From positions 1 through 29,165 of the IMG/VR virus record IMGVR_UViG_2563366903_000025: DNA of 29,165 nucleotides. The stretch is one strand, 5' to 3'. The position numbers were made by a program, and so were the translations under genes. The notes below the pieces were generated by a model. It was not told the DNA's origin, ran no database searches, and worked only from the letters and a program-made list of their open reading frames with translations. This DNA comes from a virus. Taxonomy: Duplodnaviria; Heunggongvirae; Uroviricota; Caudoviricetes. Below, piece after piece: positions 1-8,282 of the stretch. Position 1 is the first letter of the stretch. Each line of letters opens with the position of its first letter.

Positions 1-756
1 CAGACGCTTCAGGTGCGCATCCACCTGACGGATTTCCGCTGCGGTGTTGTCGTAATGCTCTTCCTCCTCCACATCCAGCGTGCGCCCTTCCTCTGCGGCT
101 TTGGTCATGACCTCCTCAAGGGAGGCTGCCAGTGCTGCACGCTTGTTTTCAAAACTTTTAATCTGTTCGCCAATATTCATTATGGTCTTTTCCTTATGAA
201 AAACGGTTGTTGACTGTGCCGCAGCGCCGGCAGAAGATGCGATTTTCACCACCGGTTTCCGGTTGCCGGACGCGGCAGAAAACTGGCGGTCGTAAGATTT
301 AATGGTCCGGATGGTGCATTCCGCATTCGCGGGCACGGTGACGGCAGACACCTCCATCAGTTCCCAGCGCAGAAAATGCAGTCCGCCTCCGTCCAGAAAG
401 GTGTATTCATGGGGACGGAAGCCCACGGACAGCCCCCTGACCAGCCCGGTCTTAATGGCCGCCCAGGCCTCATCCAGCCGGGCAGCCAGTTGCGATGGCA
501 TATCCGGCACGGGCTTCGCCAGTGTTGCCGTGATTTCCAGCCCTTCGCTGACCCGGCGCACCGTACACTGCCCCACCGGGCGGGAATGGTCATGCTGCCA
601 GAGAAACGGGATCGCACTGCCAAACTCCGCGCCCTCCGGCTCCAGGATGTCACCATCCCGATCCGGAGAAGGCGTTGACGCAATCCCGGTGATCACCCGC
701 TCATCCTCACTGAAGGATTTCACCGTCAGCAGGGAGCAGGCCCGTTTAAGAGTCAC
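1..756 (-). CDS. HK97-family prohead protease; reading frame continues without a stop into a major-capsid-like N-terminus (partial, runs off window)
   Basis: Minus-strand frame not in the ORF track because it has no stop in the window. GTG at 756..754 is preceded by AGGAGG. My translation reads VTLKRACSLLTVKSFSEDERVITGIASTPSPDRDGDILEPEGAEF...WQHDHSRP...GLSVGF...VPANAEC, a prohead-protease pattern with His and Ser motifs. An in-frame ATG at 180..178 with an AAGGA RBS starts MNIGEQIKSFENKRAALAASLEEVMTKAAEEGRTLD, which looks like a capsid delta-domain coiled coil. Confidence 0.6.
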   Translation of the reverse strand, partial: MTLKRACSLLTVKSFSEDERVITGIASTPSPDRDGDILEPEGAEFGSAIPFLWQHDHSRPVGQCTVRRVSEGLEITATLAKPVPDMPSQLAARLDEAWAAIKTGLVRGLSVGFRPHEYTFLDGGGLHFLRWELMEVSAVTVPANAECTIRTIKSYDRQFSAASGNRKPVVKIASSAGAAAQSTTVFHKEKTIMNIGEQIKSFENKRAALAASLEEVMTKAAEEGRTLDVEEEEHYDNTAAEIRQVDAHLKRL

Positions 757-819
757 ATCAGCCTCCTGAAAATAAAAAAACCGCCGCAGCGGTCCATGAT
801 GGTTACAGGGTGAACAGGG

Positions 820-2481
820 TTATATGAAAAAAACCGCATATTCTTTCTTTTTCGGCTCCGGATTCAGGGACATCAGGGATACCGCATTGAACAGCGCCAT
901 CAGCGGGTCAATTTTCCCCCGCCCGCTGGCCTGTTTGGTAATAAGGATAGCGTTACCTTTAGGCTCCACCCGGGCATTGCCAACGCACCAGGCCATCAGT
1001 GGCTGACCACCATGCACCAGTACTCCCTCAGCCAGTTTGCGCTCGGTGGTTTTAATGGCACCGCCCAGCTTCCAGCCCTGGCTTATCCCCACCACACTCT
1101 CATCGGGGATCCCGGCTTCCGCCAGTGAATCCAGAATCTGCCCCACGCCTGACGGGTCAATACCGATATGGTCCAGTAACTCAGCCTCATGAATGCGACG
1201 CACATACTCCGCCACTTCCGCCGTGTCATCCCCGACCCGACGGACAATGGTCATATCCCCACAGGCAACAAAATCCTGAAAACGGGCTGCCTCACTTTTT
1301 CGTCTGGCCACCGCGGTTTCATGTGCCCAGGCATGGCCCCAGCCCAGCCATTCGCGGGTCTCCCGGTCACGCCCAATCACATACATCCCCAGCAGATCAT
1401 CCAGCCCTCCGCCGTCAATCCCCACCGTCACCACATCAGCACGCTGCAGAATATCGTCCAGACTGATGCGCCTGCCCTGCTGCTCCCAGAAATCCGCCCC
1501 CGCCCAGCGGTCAGAACGCAGGGCAAGACCAATTTCCACATTGGCGTGTTTTGACATGAAACCGCGAAAAGTCTCTTCACCGGCTTCCCGGGCTTTACGG
1601 TACTCCCGGTACAGAAACGCCTCATCCACCGAATAACCGAGATTCGGATTGACCATGGCGAGGTTTTCCATCAGCAGGTGCTCACCGCTCTCCACCATCT
1701 CCGGCGGATGCTCAAAAATCACCGGCAGAAAGTGCGGATCATGAATTTTGCCGTCACGCACATCCCGGGCGTACTGCAGTTTCTGCCTGAACACCCCGGC
1801 AGGCGGCTCATTCGACTGGGTGGTCGTATACACCACAAACCCTTCCGGGCGGGAGGCAAGGCCGCCTATGGCTTCACGTAACATGTCCTCCGCCTTGTAC
1901 TGTTTGCCAAACAGCCATAACTCATCAATCAGCGTACCCACGGACTTGATACCGGACACCGTATTCGGATCGGCTGCCACCACCTTCAGGGTGGTGTCCG
2001 TCACCCGGTGGGTGATGGTCCGGATATGCGTCTGTACCTGGCAGAGGTCATCCAGATCATCGTCGCGTCGTACCATATCCCGGGCAGGGTTGAAGGCGTT
2101 GGCTGCCACCTCCACGGTCGGGGCCAGAATGGTGTAGCCCGCCGCCTGCCGCCAGTTCAGTAACAGCGCCGTCATCATGATCCCGGCGGCCAGCGTGGAC
2201 TTGCTGTTTTTTTTAGGTATCAGAATGAACACTTCCTTGATATGGCGCACACCGGTCTGCGCATCGTAGGAGCCAAACAGGGCCGCCACCAGGTCAAACA
2301 CCCACTGTGCACAGGACTCCCCGAACGTCGGGCTGCCCGGTGCATCCACAATCCGCAGTTGTTTAAAAATCGCCAGGGCATGTGCGGCCTGCTCCGGGTA
2401 AATCGGAGCCGGAATAATCGACAGCCCCTTTTTCAGGCGTACTGCCCAGTCCGGGCAGGCCGTGCTCCACCCTGGTATCAT
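820..2481 (-). CDS. Terminase large subunit
   Basis: 553 aa ORF with a Walker A-like segment (LIPKKNSKST) and a C-terminal nuclease-like region (GIDPSG). Start overlaps the upstream small-subunit stop (ATGA). Confidence 0.88.
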   Translation of the reverse strand: MIPGWSTACPDWAVRLKKGLSIIPAPIYPEQAAHALAIFKQLRIVDAPGSPTFGESCAQWVFDLVAALFGSYDAQTGVRHIKEVFILIPKKNSKSTLAAGIMMTALLLNWRQAAGYTILAPTVEVAANAFNPARDMVRRDDDLDDLCQVQTHIRTITHRVTDTTLKVVAADPNTVSGIKSVGTLIDELWLFGKQYKAEDMLREAIGGLASRPEGFVVYTTTQSNEPPAGVFRQKLQYARDVRDGKIHDPHFLPVIFEHPPEMVESGEHLLMENLAMVNPNLGYSVDEAFLYREYRKAREAGEETFRGFMSKHANVEIGLALRSDRWAGADFWEQQGRRISLDDILQRADVVTVGIDGGGLDDLLGMYVIGRDRETREWLGWGHAWAHETAVARRKSEAARFQDFVACGDMTIVRRVGDDTAEVAEYVRRIHEAELLDHIGIDPSGVGQILDSLAEAGIPDESVVGISQGWKLGGAIKTTERKLAEGVLVHGGQPLMAWCVGNARVEPKGNAILITKQASGRGKIDPLMALFNAVSLMSLNPEPKKKEYAVFFI

Positions 2482-3041
2482 CCGTTGCCCTCATTATCGT
2501 TATTCACCACCAGGCGGGGTGGTGGTGGCACCGCAAAACGGTTAGCCGCTTTTTTCGCCGCGTCACCTTTTGCCGATTTTTTACCGGCATCCCCTTTTTT
2601 ATGGTGCGTGAACTGTGCCAGTCGCCAGGCCGCATCCAGTGCCAGTTTCGGGTCAATGCTCAGGTTTTCCACCAGGATCCTCCCCATCGCTTTTACCGGA
2701 TCAGGAAGACCGTCTTCCATGTAATCAATACCTGGTAGTGGTGTGAGACTTTGCCGGTCATCAGGCGGCAGTGAAACCGGGGTGTTCTTTTCCGCCGGAG
2801 GGGCTTCCTGATGGCACTCCTCCGTCTGCGTCTTTTTCTGCCGGTAAACAGGAACCTCATCCACCTCCACCGTCTCGCCCTGCTTACGGGCAATAAACGC
2901 GAGCACCTCCGGATCTTTTGCCAGCTGCGAGCCTTTAACCCTGGCGGTCTTCGCCGAATAACCGGCGGCAATGGCTGACGCTGTTTTGTTTTTCCCGGAC
3001 ATGAGCGCCAGCGCAAATTTTCGTTTTTGCGTTGTCAGCAC
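2478..3041 (-). CDS. Terminase small subunit (GTG start at 3041; alternative ATG at 3002)
   Basis: 187 aa. N-terminal HTH-like segment KRKFALALMSGKNKTASAIAAGYSAKTA is typical of P27-type small terminase subunits. Sits immediately upstream of and coupled to the large subunit. AGGAGG precedes the GTG. Confidence 0.7.
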   Translation of the reverse strand: MLTTQKRKFALALMSGKNKTASAIAAGYSAKTARVKGSQLAKDPEVLAFIARKQGETVEVDEVPVYRQKKTQTEECHQEAPPAEKNTPVSLPPDDRQSLTPLPGIDYMEDGLPDPVKAMGRILVENLSIDPKLALDAAWRLAQFTHHKKGDAGKKSAKGDAAKKAANRFAVPPPPRLVVNNDNEGNG

Positions 3042-3330
3042 AGCCTCCTCCCGGGTCCAGAACGCACTCAGCCGGGTATGGTTCAGCCCATTTTTCCCGG
3101 CGCCTCATGCCGCAAATGTTAACTGCTGCCTGGTTAACATTTGCTGAAAAAGCCTGTTAACATTTTTTCCATGCAACAAACTGAATAATAAAGATAAAAA
3201 CCGCAAAAATGCCCGGGCAGCCAGTTAACATGTTAACTGCCCTGAAACGGGAATTTTTTCTCTGCGTGAGACGGGGCGCGGTGTCCGGGACGATCGTTTT
3301 TATCGCCGGATGATCCCCCCCCAGGGCGGG

Positions 3331-3696
3331 TCACAGTCCGATGATATCGTCTGCCCTGCCACGACCTCCGGACACCTCCGGCAGCGTCGGGTCCGGCATA
3401 CCACCCGCCGCTTCACGAGCAGACTTTTGTCGATGGCATTCGGTACAGAGCGTCCAGAGATTCGTCTCCTCATTACCACCACCGAACTGAAGTGCAATTC
3501 GGTGATCAAGTTCACTGTCACAGAGGTCAACCACACGACCACAGATACAGCACTGCCCGGCGTCCCTGAGCCAGATATGACGCTTGAGGGAAACACGTGC
3601 ACTGCCACTGACACGACGCTGTTCCCCCTTCAGAATATTCACCCGTCGGGTATTCAGTGTTTTGATTCTGCTCTGGAGTGTACGAAGCTCAGCCAT
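3331..3696 (-). CDS. HNH endonuclease (packaging-associated)
   Basis: 121 aa with CxxC...H-N-H motif (CCICGRVVDLCDSELDHRIALQFGGGNEETNLWTLCTECHRQK), directly upstream of the terminase genes as is common in HK97/P27-like packaging modules. Confidence 0.85.
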   Translation of the reverse strand: MAELRTLQSRIKTLNTRRVNILKGEQRRVSGSARVSLKRHIWLRDAGQCCICGRVVDLCDSELDHRIALQFGGGNEETNLWTLCTECHRQKSAREAAGGMPDPTLPEVSGGRGRADDIIGL

Positions 3697-3737
3697 GTAA
3701 AATCCCCGTCATATGACAATCAGTAAAGGAAATAAAT

Positions 3738-3938
3738 ATGTCATCGAAAAACCGGACCCGCAGAACCACAACCCGCAATATCCGTTTCCCCAATCACATA
3801 ATTGAACAGATCAACATCGCCCTTGAGCATAAAGGATCCGGTAACTTTTCAGCGTGGGTTATTGAAGCCTGCAGGAGAAGGCTGGCAACAGATGCAACGC
3901 ATCTGCGCCCGGCCAGCATGACAAATAACGAGAAATGA
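3738..3938 (+). CDS. Small putative ribbon-helix-helix-like DNA-binding protein (opposite strand to the late operon)
   Basis: 66 aa ORF with an AAGGA RBS 7 nt upstream of the ATG. The segment NIRFPNHIIEQINIALEHKGSGNFSAWVIEACRRRL resembles a strand-helix-helix fold. Family not verified. Confidence 0.4.
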   Translation: MSSKNRTRRTTTRNIRFPNHIIEQINIALEHKGSGNFSAWVIEACRRRLATDATHLRPASMTNNEK

Positions 3939-4128
3939 ACGTTCGGTTTCTTCCACCATCGCACCGGACAGGCGACTATGAGGGGACAACGCCGCGCTCC
4001 GTTAACGCGGTAAACCCCGGTGTGCATCGTTTTTGATTATCCCCGCACACTCGCGCAGAGGAGTCTCCCTGTCGGGCTGCGGTCTCTGTTAATGCAGGAA
4101 TACGGCGACGATACGGCGCATGGCTATG

Positions 4129-4677
4129 TCAGGCTGAAATGCCTTTATCAAATCCGGGTAACGCAATCTGCCCCTGCTGCTCCAGCCTGTCCAGCCTTGC
4201 CAGCAACTGAGGCTTCTTCACCCTGCCCCAGCGATTGAGCAAACGACCTGACATACTGGCAACATCTTTCTCTTTCATGTACTCCAGCATTACAGCGTTG
4301 CGTTCAGCTTCATAACTTTCACTGAACTTACGGAGTTCAGCGGACATCCAGTTAAAGGCATTAATATAGGCTTCTTTAACAGCATCAGCTTTTGCCCCGT
4401 TAAATCCCATAACCAGCATAACGAAGCCGCTAAAGTCCATGCGGTAGTAAATCTGCTTCTTGTCGAAAATCCCTAACTCATTGATTTTTTCGGCAACGCA
4501 AAAATGCGCTCTCCGGAAATCTTCAGAGCAATGGCAATTTTTCAGCGCCCTCAATACGTCCGCATGACGCTTACCAAACGCCTTAGCGATCTGAAAAGAG
4601 TCTGTTATTGGTTCGCCATCTGCCGCTGTTACCAGTTGGCGAAAATCAATACCGTCAACAATCGTCGGATAGTTCAT
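4129..4677 (-). CDS. rha: Rha-family phage regulatory protein
   Basis: 182 aa. N-terminus contains the Rha hallmark (QIAKAFGKRHADVLRAL). Confidence 0.75.
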   Translation of the reverse strand: MNYPTIVDGIDFRQLVTAADGEPITDSFQIAKAFGKRHADVLRALKNCHCSEDFRRAHFCVAEKINELGIFDKKQIYYRMDFSGFVMLVMGFNGAKADAVKEAYINAFNWMSAELRKFSESYEAERNAVMLEYMKEKDVASMSGRLLNRWGRVKKPQLLARLDRLEQQGQIALPGFDKGISA

Positions 4678-4686
4678 CGCGTTTTA

Positions 4687-4778
4687 CCTTTCAGAAAATT
4701 GAGCCTGTCTCACAGAAAAGCCGCCCCGAGATGGTCGCCACCATATACGGCAGTTCTCAGGCTCAACTTTCTGAAAGG
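4687..4778. promoter_or_regulatory. 21-bp inverted repeat (20 of 21 complementary) flanking about 50 bp, immediately upstream of the rha start
   Basis: cctttcagaaaattgagcctg (4687-4707) and caggctcaactttctgaaagg (4758-4778) are near-perfect reverse complements. The left arm overlaps the rha RBS region. A nested CCCCGAG/CTCGGGG repeat lies at 4724-4730 and 4779-4785. Confidence 0.5.
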
Positions 4779-4825
4779 CTCGGGGATGTGATATGCGCGT
4801 GAGATGCGCGGTGAAATTCAGATAT

Positions 4826-4850
4826 GAAAAAGCCAGCGATTAAGCTGGCT
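4826..4850 (-). terminator. Intrinsic terminator-like hairpin just downstream of Rz
   Basis: Minus-strand RNA: AGCCAGC-uuaauc-GCUGGCU followed by UUUUUC (plus-strand A-run at 4826-4830). Confidence 0.45.
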
Positions 4851-4853
4851 CTG

Positions 4854-5321
4854 TTAATTCAGGCACTGAGTGCGGATATAGTCCTGTGCCCCTTCCAGCT
4901 GCTTCTGCATCAGCATCAACCGCTCTCTGAGGGTGAAATAATCCCGTTCAGCGGTGTCTGCCAGTCGGGGGCCGGTTGCATTATCCACGCCGGAGGTGCC
5001 GGTGGCTTCACGCACGGTACCGGAGCAGGTGGCGTTGATCCGCAGGCGCTTACGACCAGCGGCAACATCAGCACGCAGAGTTTCATTTTCAGCTCTCGCA
5101 TCAGCTAATTCCCTCGAGTATTTTGCATCGAGCGCAGCAACATCACGCTGGCGCACCTGCATGTCAGTAATGGTTGCGTTTGCCAGCTCCAGCTCTCTGG
5201 CTTTTTTATCGCGCTGCGCTTTGTAGGTGATGGCGTTATCGCGGTAATGGTTTGCTGCCAGCCACAGCGCACCGCAGCCAACCGCCAGGACAATAATCAC
5301 CACACACAGAACACGGTTCAT
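4854..5321 (-). CDS. Rz: Rz i-spanin
   Basis: 155 aa with N-terminal TM segment and coiled-coil body ([20 protein letters not shown]...[15 protein letters not shown]), closely resembling phage 21/lambda Rz as I recall it. Start overlaps the methyltransferase stop (ATGA). Confidence 0.88.
   Translation of the reverse strand: MNRVLCVVIIVLAVGCGALWLAANHYRDNAITYKAQRDKKARELELANATITDMQVRQRDVAALDAKYSRELADARAENETLRADVAAGRKRLRINATCSGTVREATGTSGVDNATGPRLADTAERDYFTLRERLMLMQKQLEGAQDYIRTQCLN
4916..5086 (-). CDS. Rz1: Rz1 o-spanin lipoprotein (embedded in Rz in the +1 frame)
   Basis: From ATG 5086: [17 protein letters not shown]..., a signal peptide with lipobox (VSAC) followed by a proline-rich body. Embedded position within Rz is diagnostic. 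Confidence 0.8.
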   Translation of the reverse strand: MKLCVLMLPLVVSACGSTPPAPVPCVKPPAPPAWIMQPAPDWQTPLNGIISPSESG

Positions 5322-6262
5322 ATCACTACCATTTCACTGTTTTCTTTTTTCAGGCGTTTTTTTGCAACAGCGAAATACCGGTCATCCTTTTCTATTCCGG
5401 TAAACCATCTCCCCGTCCGGATACACGCAACACCTGTTGAACCACTCCCCATAGTAAAATCCAGGACCATATCGCCGGGGTTACTGTACGTCTGAATCAG
5501 CTCTTCCAGTAAGGGCACCGGCTTCTGAGTGGGGTGAAAACGCACTTTTTCCCGTGAGTACTCCAGCACATTTGAACGGTATTTTCTCCCGGCGGGGAGA
5601 TTAAACACCTTTTGACCGTAGGCATGATTAAGCTGACACATCGCTTCATATGTCATGAACCCCGGCATCCGGTCGATGCCAAAGCGTTCGATTAATTCGT
5701 TGTACGTTGCCCGTGAGCAGAGGGAAAACTGCGTGGTGTTAACCCTGAAAAAGTGCTCAGCCCGACAGTGTCCAAGCACCTTGTTAACCTCCTTGCCTGA
5801 CCGGTAACCGGTGAAGGAAAGAATGCTTCTGACGTATTCCCTCAGCGGGTGCTTTTTCTCACTATCATATTTTTTGCTGAACACAACAATGTCCTCGAAC
5901 AGCGATACCGGCGCCTTTGGGGCTACCAGCGGATTGGCAAAATGATTTTTTTTCCACACCATGCGATACGAAAACGGCAGATTGTTCAGCGCCTGAGTAA
6001 TCATCGTGCTGGTGTACGGCTCCTGACCGAACAGAATCAGTGTCCCGTTTACCCTCAGCAGACGCTCACACTGTAAGAATATCTCCACCGGGGGTAATGC
6101 TTCATCCCATGATGCTTTCCCTGAATCCCATGAAGGCAGGTTTAGCCCCTTAATGGTTCCATAGGGTGGATCAACGAGGATAAGGTCAATGCTTCCTTCC
6201 GGTAACGTTGGCATAATCTCCAGACAGTCACCATGATACAGAGAACTGTTCATCTCTTTCAC
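5318..6262 (-). CDS. DNA methyltransferase (beta-class N6-adenine or N4-cytosine; orphan, no restriction partner seen)
   Basis: 314 aa. N-terminal DPPY motif (LILVDPPYG) and C-terminal AdoMet-binding motif ([15 protein letters not shown] with upstream HPTQKP). Motif order IV...I suggests the beta class. No adjacent endonuclease-like ORF. Confidence 0.8.
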   Translation of the reverse strand: MKEMNSSLYHGDCLEIMPTLPEGSIDLILVDPPYGTIKGLNLPSWDSGKASWDEALPPVEIFLQCERLLRVNGTLILFGQEPYTSTMITQALNNLPFSYRMVWKKNHFANPLVAPKAPVSLFEDIVVFSKKYDSEKKHPLREYVRSILSFTGYRSGKEVNKVLGHCRAEHFFRVNTTQFSLCSRATYNELIERFGIDRMPGFMTYEAMCQLNHAYGQKVFNLPAGRKYRSNVLEYSREKVRFHPTQKPVPLLEELIQTYSNPGDMVLDFTMGSGSTGVACIRTGRWFTGIEKDDRYFAVAKKRLKKENSEMVVI

Positions 6263-6390
6263 TCCAGCAGACCGGCCGAAGCCAACGCCATCCAGGCGAT
6301 GGAAAGAAAAAGAGCAACCAGCATGAGTGAAAATGAAACGCCGACAATCACACAGAGGACCTTTGCCGACGTTATGAGTTTGTCTGACAT
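6259..6390 (-). CDS. Small single-TM membrane peptide (43 aa)
   Basis: From ATG 6390 with an AAGGGG RBS: [43 protein letters not shown]. Stop overlaps the methyltransferase start (ATGA). Confidence 0.35.
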   Translation of the reverse strand: MSDKLITSAKVLCVIVGVSFSLMLVALFLSIAWMALASAGLLE

Positions 6391-6395
6391 CTTTA

Positions 6396-6488
6396 CCCCT
6401 TGATAGCAGTAATTAACTGGGCAACCACCCATAAAAACGGAATCAGCCAGACCAGCAAAAATTTCCAGTCCATTTTTATCATCTTCAT
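6396..6488 (-). CDS. Small hydrophobic peptide (30 aa)
   Basis: My translation from ATG 6488, which overlaps the antirepressor stop (ATGA): MKMIKMDWKFLLVWLIPFLWVVAQLITAIKG. Below the ORF-track length cutoff. Confidence 0.3.
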
Positions 6489-7180
6489 GCTGCGGTAGCT
6501 CTCCATGCAGCAAGCAGACCAGCAATCCACTCAACACCTTTTGGGGTGAATTTAACCTGCGTAAAAGCATGACCATTGCCCGCCTCGCCCGTTTTCACGC
6601 TAAACCGCCCCGCATCCAGGTGATGCGAGTAAGGCGTCATTTTTCCAGCGAGGCGATACATTATTCCGTTCTCCAACAAAAACAGCCGGAAATCGGTTTC
6701 TTTGATACCGAGTAACTTAGCAACTTCCCGGAATCCCATCAGACCAGATGCTTCAACATAGTTATCAACAAATTCGGCCTTCGGCGCTGCTATTGCCAGT
6801 TGATTTTCCAGCACTGCTTTCTGTTCAGCCAGTTTTGCCGCAAATCGCAACGCCTCAGGTAAAGTCCGGGGGATCTGAATACCATGCATCGCTTTGAGTC
6901 TTGCCAGCACAGAACGACGAACGGCCTTTGACTCCCTCATGCCAACGAGCATCATCTGGTCAAAATCCAGATCATAGTATGCCGTTCTTGTCTGGTTATT
7001 GTTTAACCGGAATTTTTTTCCGGTTCCATCAAGCTCTAGCTCATCCTCAATTTTTGCAAGAAACTTACGCGGTTCATGAGGGACTTCTCCGGCTTCTGCC
7101 CGGGCTGGATTAATAATGTTATTCAGAAAATCCAGACTACTCATGGATATTTCATGATCGACAGAAATCATCTCTTTCAT
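6485..7180 (-). CDS. Antirepressor-like protein with KilA-C-type C-terminal domain
   Basis: 231 aa. C-terminal segment LPEALRFAAKLAEQKAVLENQLAIAAPKAEFVDNYVEASG... is paralogous to the C-terminus of the 13088..13816 gene ([40 protein letters not shown]). Confidence 0.65.
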   Translation of the reverse strand: MKEMISVDHEISMSSLDFLNNIINPARAEAGEVPHEPRKFLAKIEDELELDGTGKKFRLNNNQTRTAYYDLDFDQMMLVGMRESKAVRRSVLARLKAMHGIQIPRTLPEALRFAAKLAEQKAVLENQLAIAAPKAEFVDNYVEASGLMGFREVAKLLGIKETDFRLFLLENGIMYRLAGKMTPYSHHLDAGRFSVKTGEAGNGHAFTQVKFTPKGVEWIAGLLAAWRATAA

Positions 7181-7453
7181 GGTTGATTCCTTTTAGTGAT
7201 GAACCCTGCGCACAGGAATAACCAGCCCAAAGAGGGTTAACCAGACCACTGCCGGTTATCCACCAGGGCTCATCCTGAAAGGTTCTTTGGTTTATTTACG
7301 CTTGTGCGAAGCGCAGAAATGACAAAGGCACCATTACGGTGCCTCTGCGTGAAATAATGTTCCTGACTTTATTCACTTACATTTTGCCAGCTCGCAGGAT
7401 TTCGTGTTATCCGCCCGCGTTGGCCAACGTCATTTTTCAGCAAAATATTCTGC

Positions 7454-7987
7454 TTATCTGTCGATTCCCCAGCACGCCAGCGCGCTCTCCTGGTCTCGCC
7501 GGGATACCTGACCGTAACAGTTATTTGAGCGAATACGGCAGTCCCTGCCACCGTCCTTAATCCACCAGCGAATCGCCTCACATGCTCCCCTGCGATCACC
7601 AGCATTAATTCGTTTATAAAACGTCGACGGGAAACACTTACCGGGGCCAATGTTGTACGGACAGAATGACGCGATCCCCGCTTTCTGGGGTTCGGTCAGT
7701 GGCACCCGGATGTTTTTCTCCACCCATGCCAGCGCCTTATCACGCTCAATGGCATTAACCCGGTCGCATTTTTCCTTCGACAGCTTCATGCCAGGAATAA
7801 CAGGCTTACCATCCACCCGGGTGGCTCCACGGCAGATGGTCCAGATACCCGCACCATCACGGTATGCTGTGGTGTGGTTGCCTTCTTTTTCATCCAGAAA
7901 CTGGTCGAGAATGTCAGGCGCAGAAGCGCCAGCGGCAATCAGCGCCAGAACGGCAGCCGATAAACCATAGCGGAGTTTTCTGCTCAC
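7454..7987 (-). CDS. R: SAR endolysin (phage 21 R-like lysozyme)
   Basis: 177 aa with an N-terminal signal-anchor-release-like hydrophobic segment (LSAAVLALIAAGASAP), followed by a lysozyme-like body. Sits immediately downstream of the holin. Confidence 0.85.
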   Translation of the reverse strand: MSRKLRYGLSAAVLALIAAGASAPDILDQFLDEKEGNHTTAYRDGAGIWTICRGATRVDGKPVIPGMKLSKEKCDRVNAIERDKALAWVEKNIRVPLTEPQKAGIASFCPYNIGPGKCFPSTFYKRINAGDRRGACEAIRWWIKDGGRDCRIRSNNCYGQVSRRDQESALACWGIDR

Positions 7988-7991
7988 CAGT

Positions 7992-8207
7992 TCATTCTCC
8001 CCGCGCCGCCTTACGCCGGTCCTCTCTGATTTTGAAATACAGGTTAGTCAGATATGTCAGCAGCCCAAACAGCAGACTCCCCAGCACGCCTATTGCCGCC
8101 CACTGAGACGGGGAAACCCTGTCCAGCAACTGCAGGAACCAGTAGCCCGTTCCCACCGCTGACGTGGTGTATGACACACCTGTTGTGATTTTTTCCATCT
8201 GGTACAT
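7992..8207 (-). CDS. S: Holin (S21-type pinholin with dual-start motif)
   Basis: 71 aa: [10 protein letters not shown]...[51 protein letters not shown]. Two TM segments and a basic C-terminus, near-identical in pattern to phage 21 S as I recall it. Met1 and Met4 are candidate antiholin and holin starts. Confidence 0.85.
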   Translation of the reverse strand: MYQMEKITTGVSYTTSAVGTGYWFLQLLDRVSPSQWAAIGVLGSLLFGLLTYLTNLYFKIREDRRKAARGE

Positions 8208-8282
8208 ACCCCGTCTCCCGTACTCGGAAGCTCACAACAACAAAAGGGCCACCAGCTCTTTACTGATGACCCTGACTCACCG

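Noticed and set aside
302-769. 155-aa plus-strand ORF and 108-aa minus-strand ORF (357-683) at the left end
   Set aside because: Both overlap the prohead protease reading frame, which has clear family motifs; their Arg/Ser/Pro-rich compositions are typical alternate-frame artefacts.
1125-2137. Several plus-strand ORFs (1125-1466, 1189-1554, 1748-2137)
   Set aside because: Antisense to the terminase large subunit; no RBS; biased composition.
2693-3016. 107-aa minus-strand ORF
   Set aside because: Alternative frame inside the terminase small subunit gene; Arg-rich artefact.
7200-7453. Possible Rz remnant immediately downstream of the endolysin
   Set aside because: No coherent minus-strand ORF. 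The intact Rz/Rz1 pair is found further downstream at 4854-5321, so this gap more likely holds the promoter and regulatory region of the inserted antirepressor block, including the hairpin at 7328-7344.
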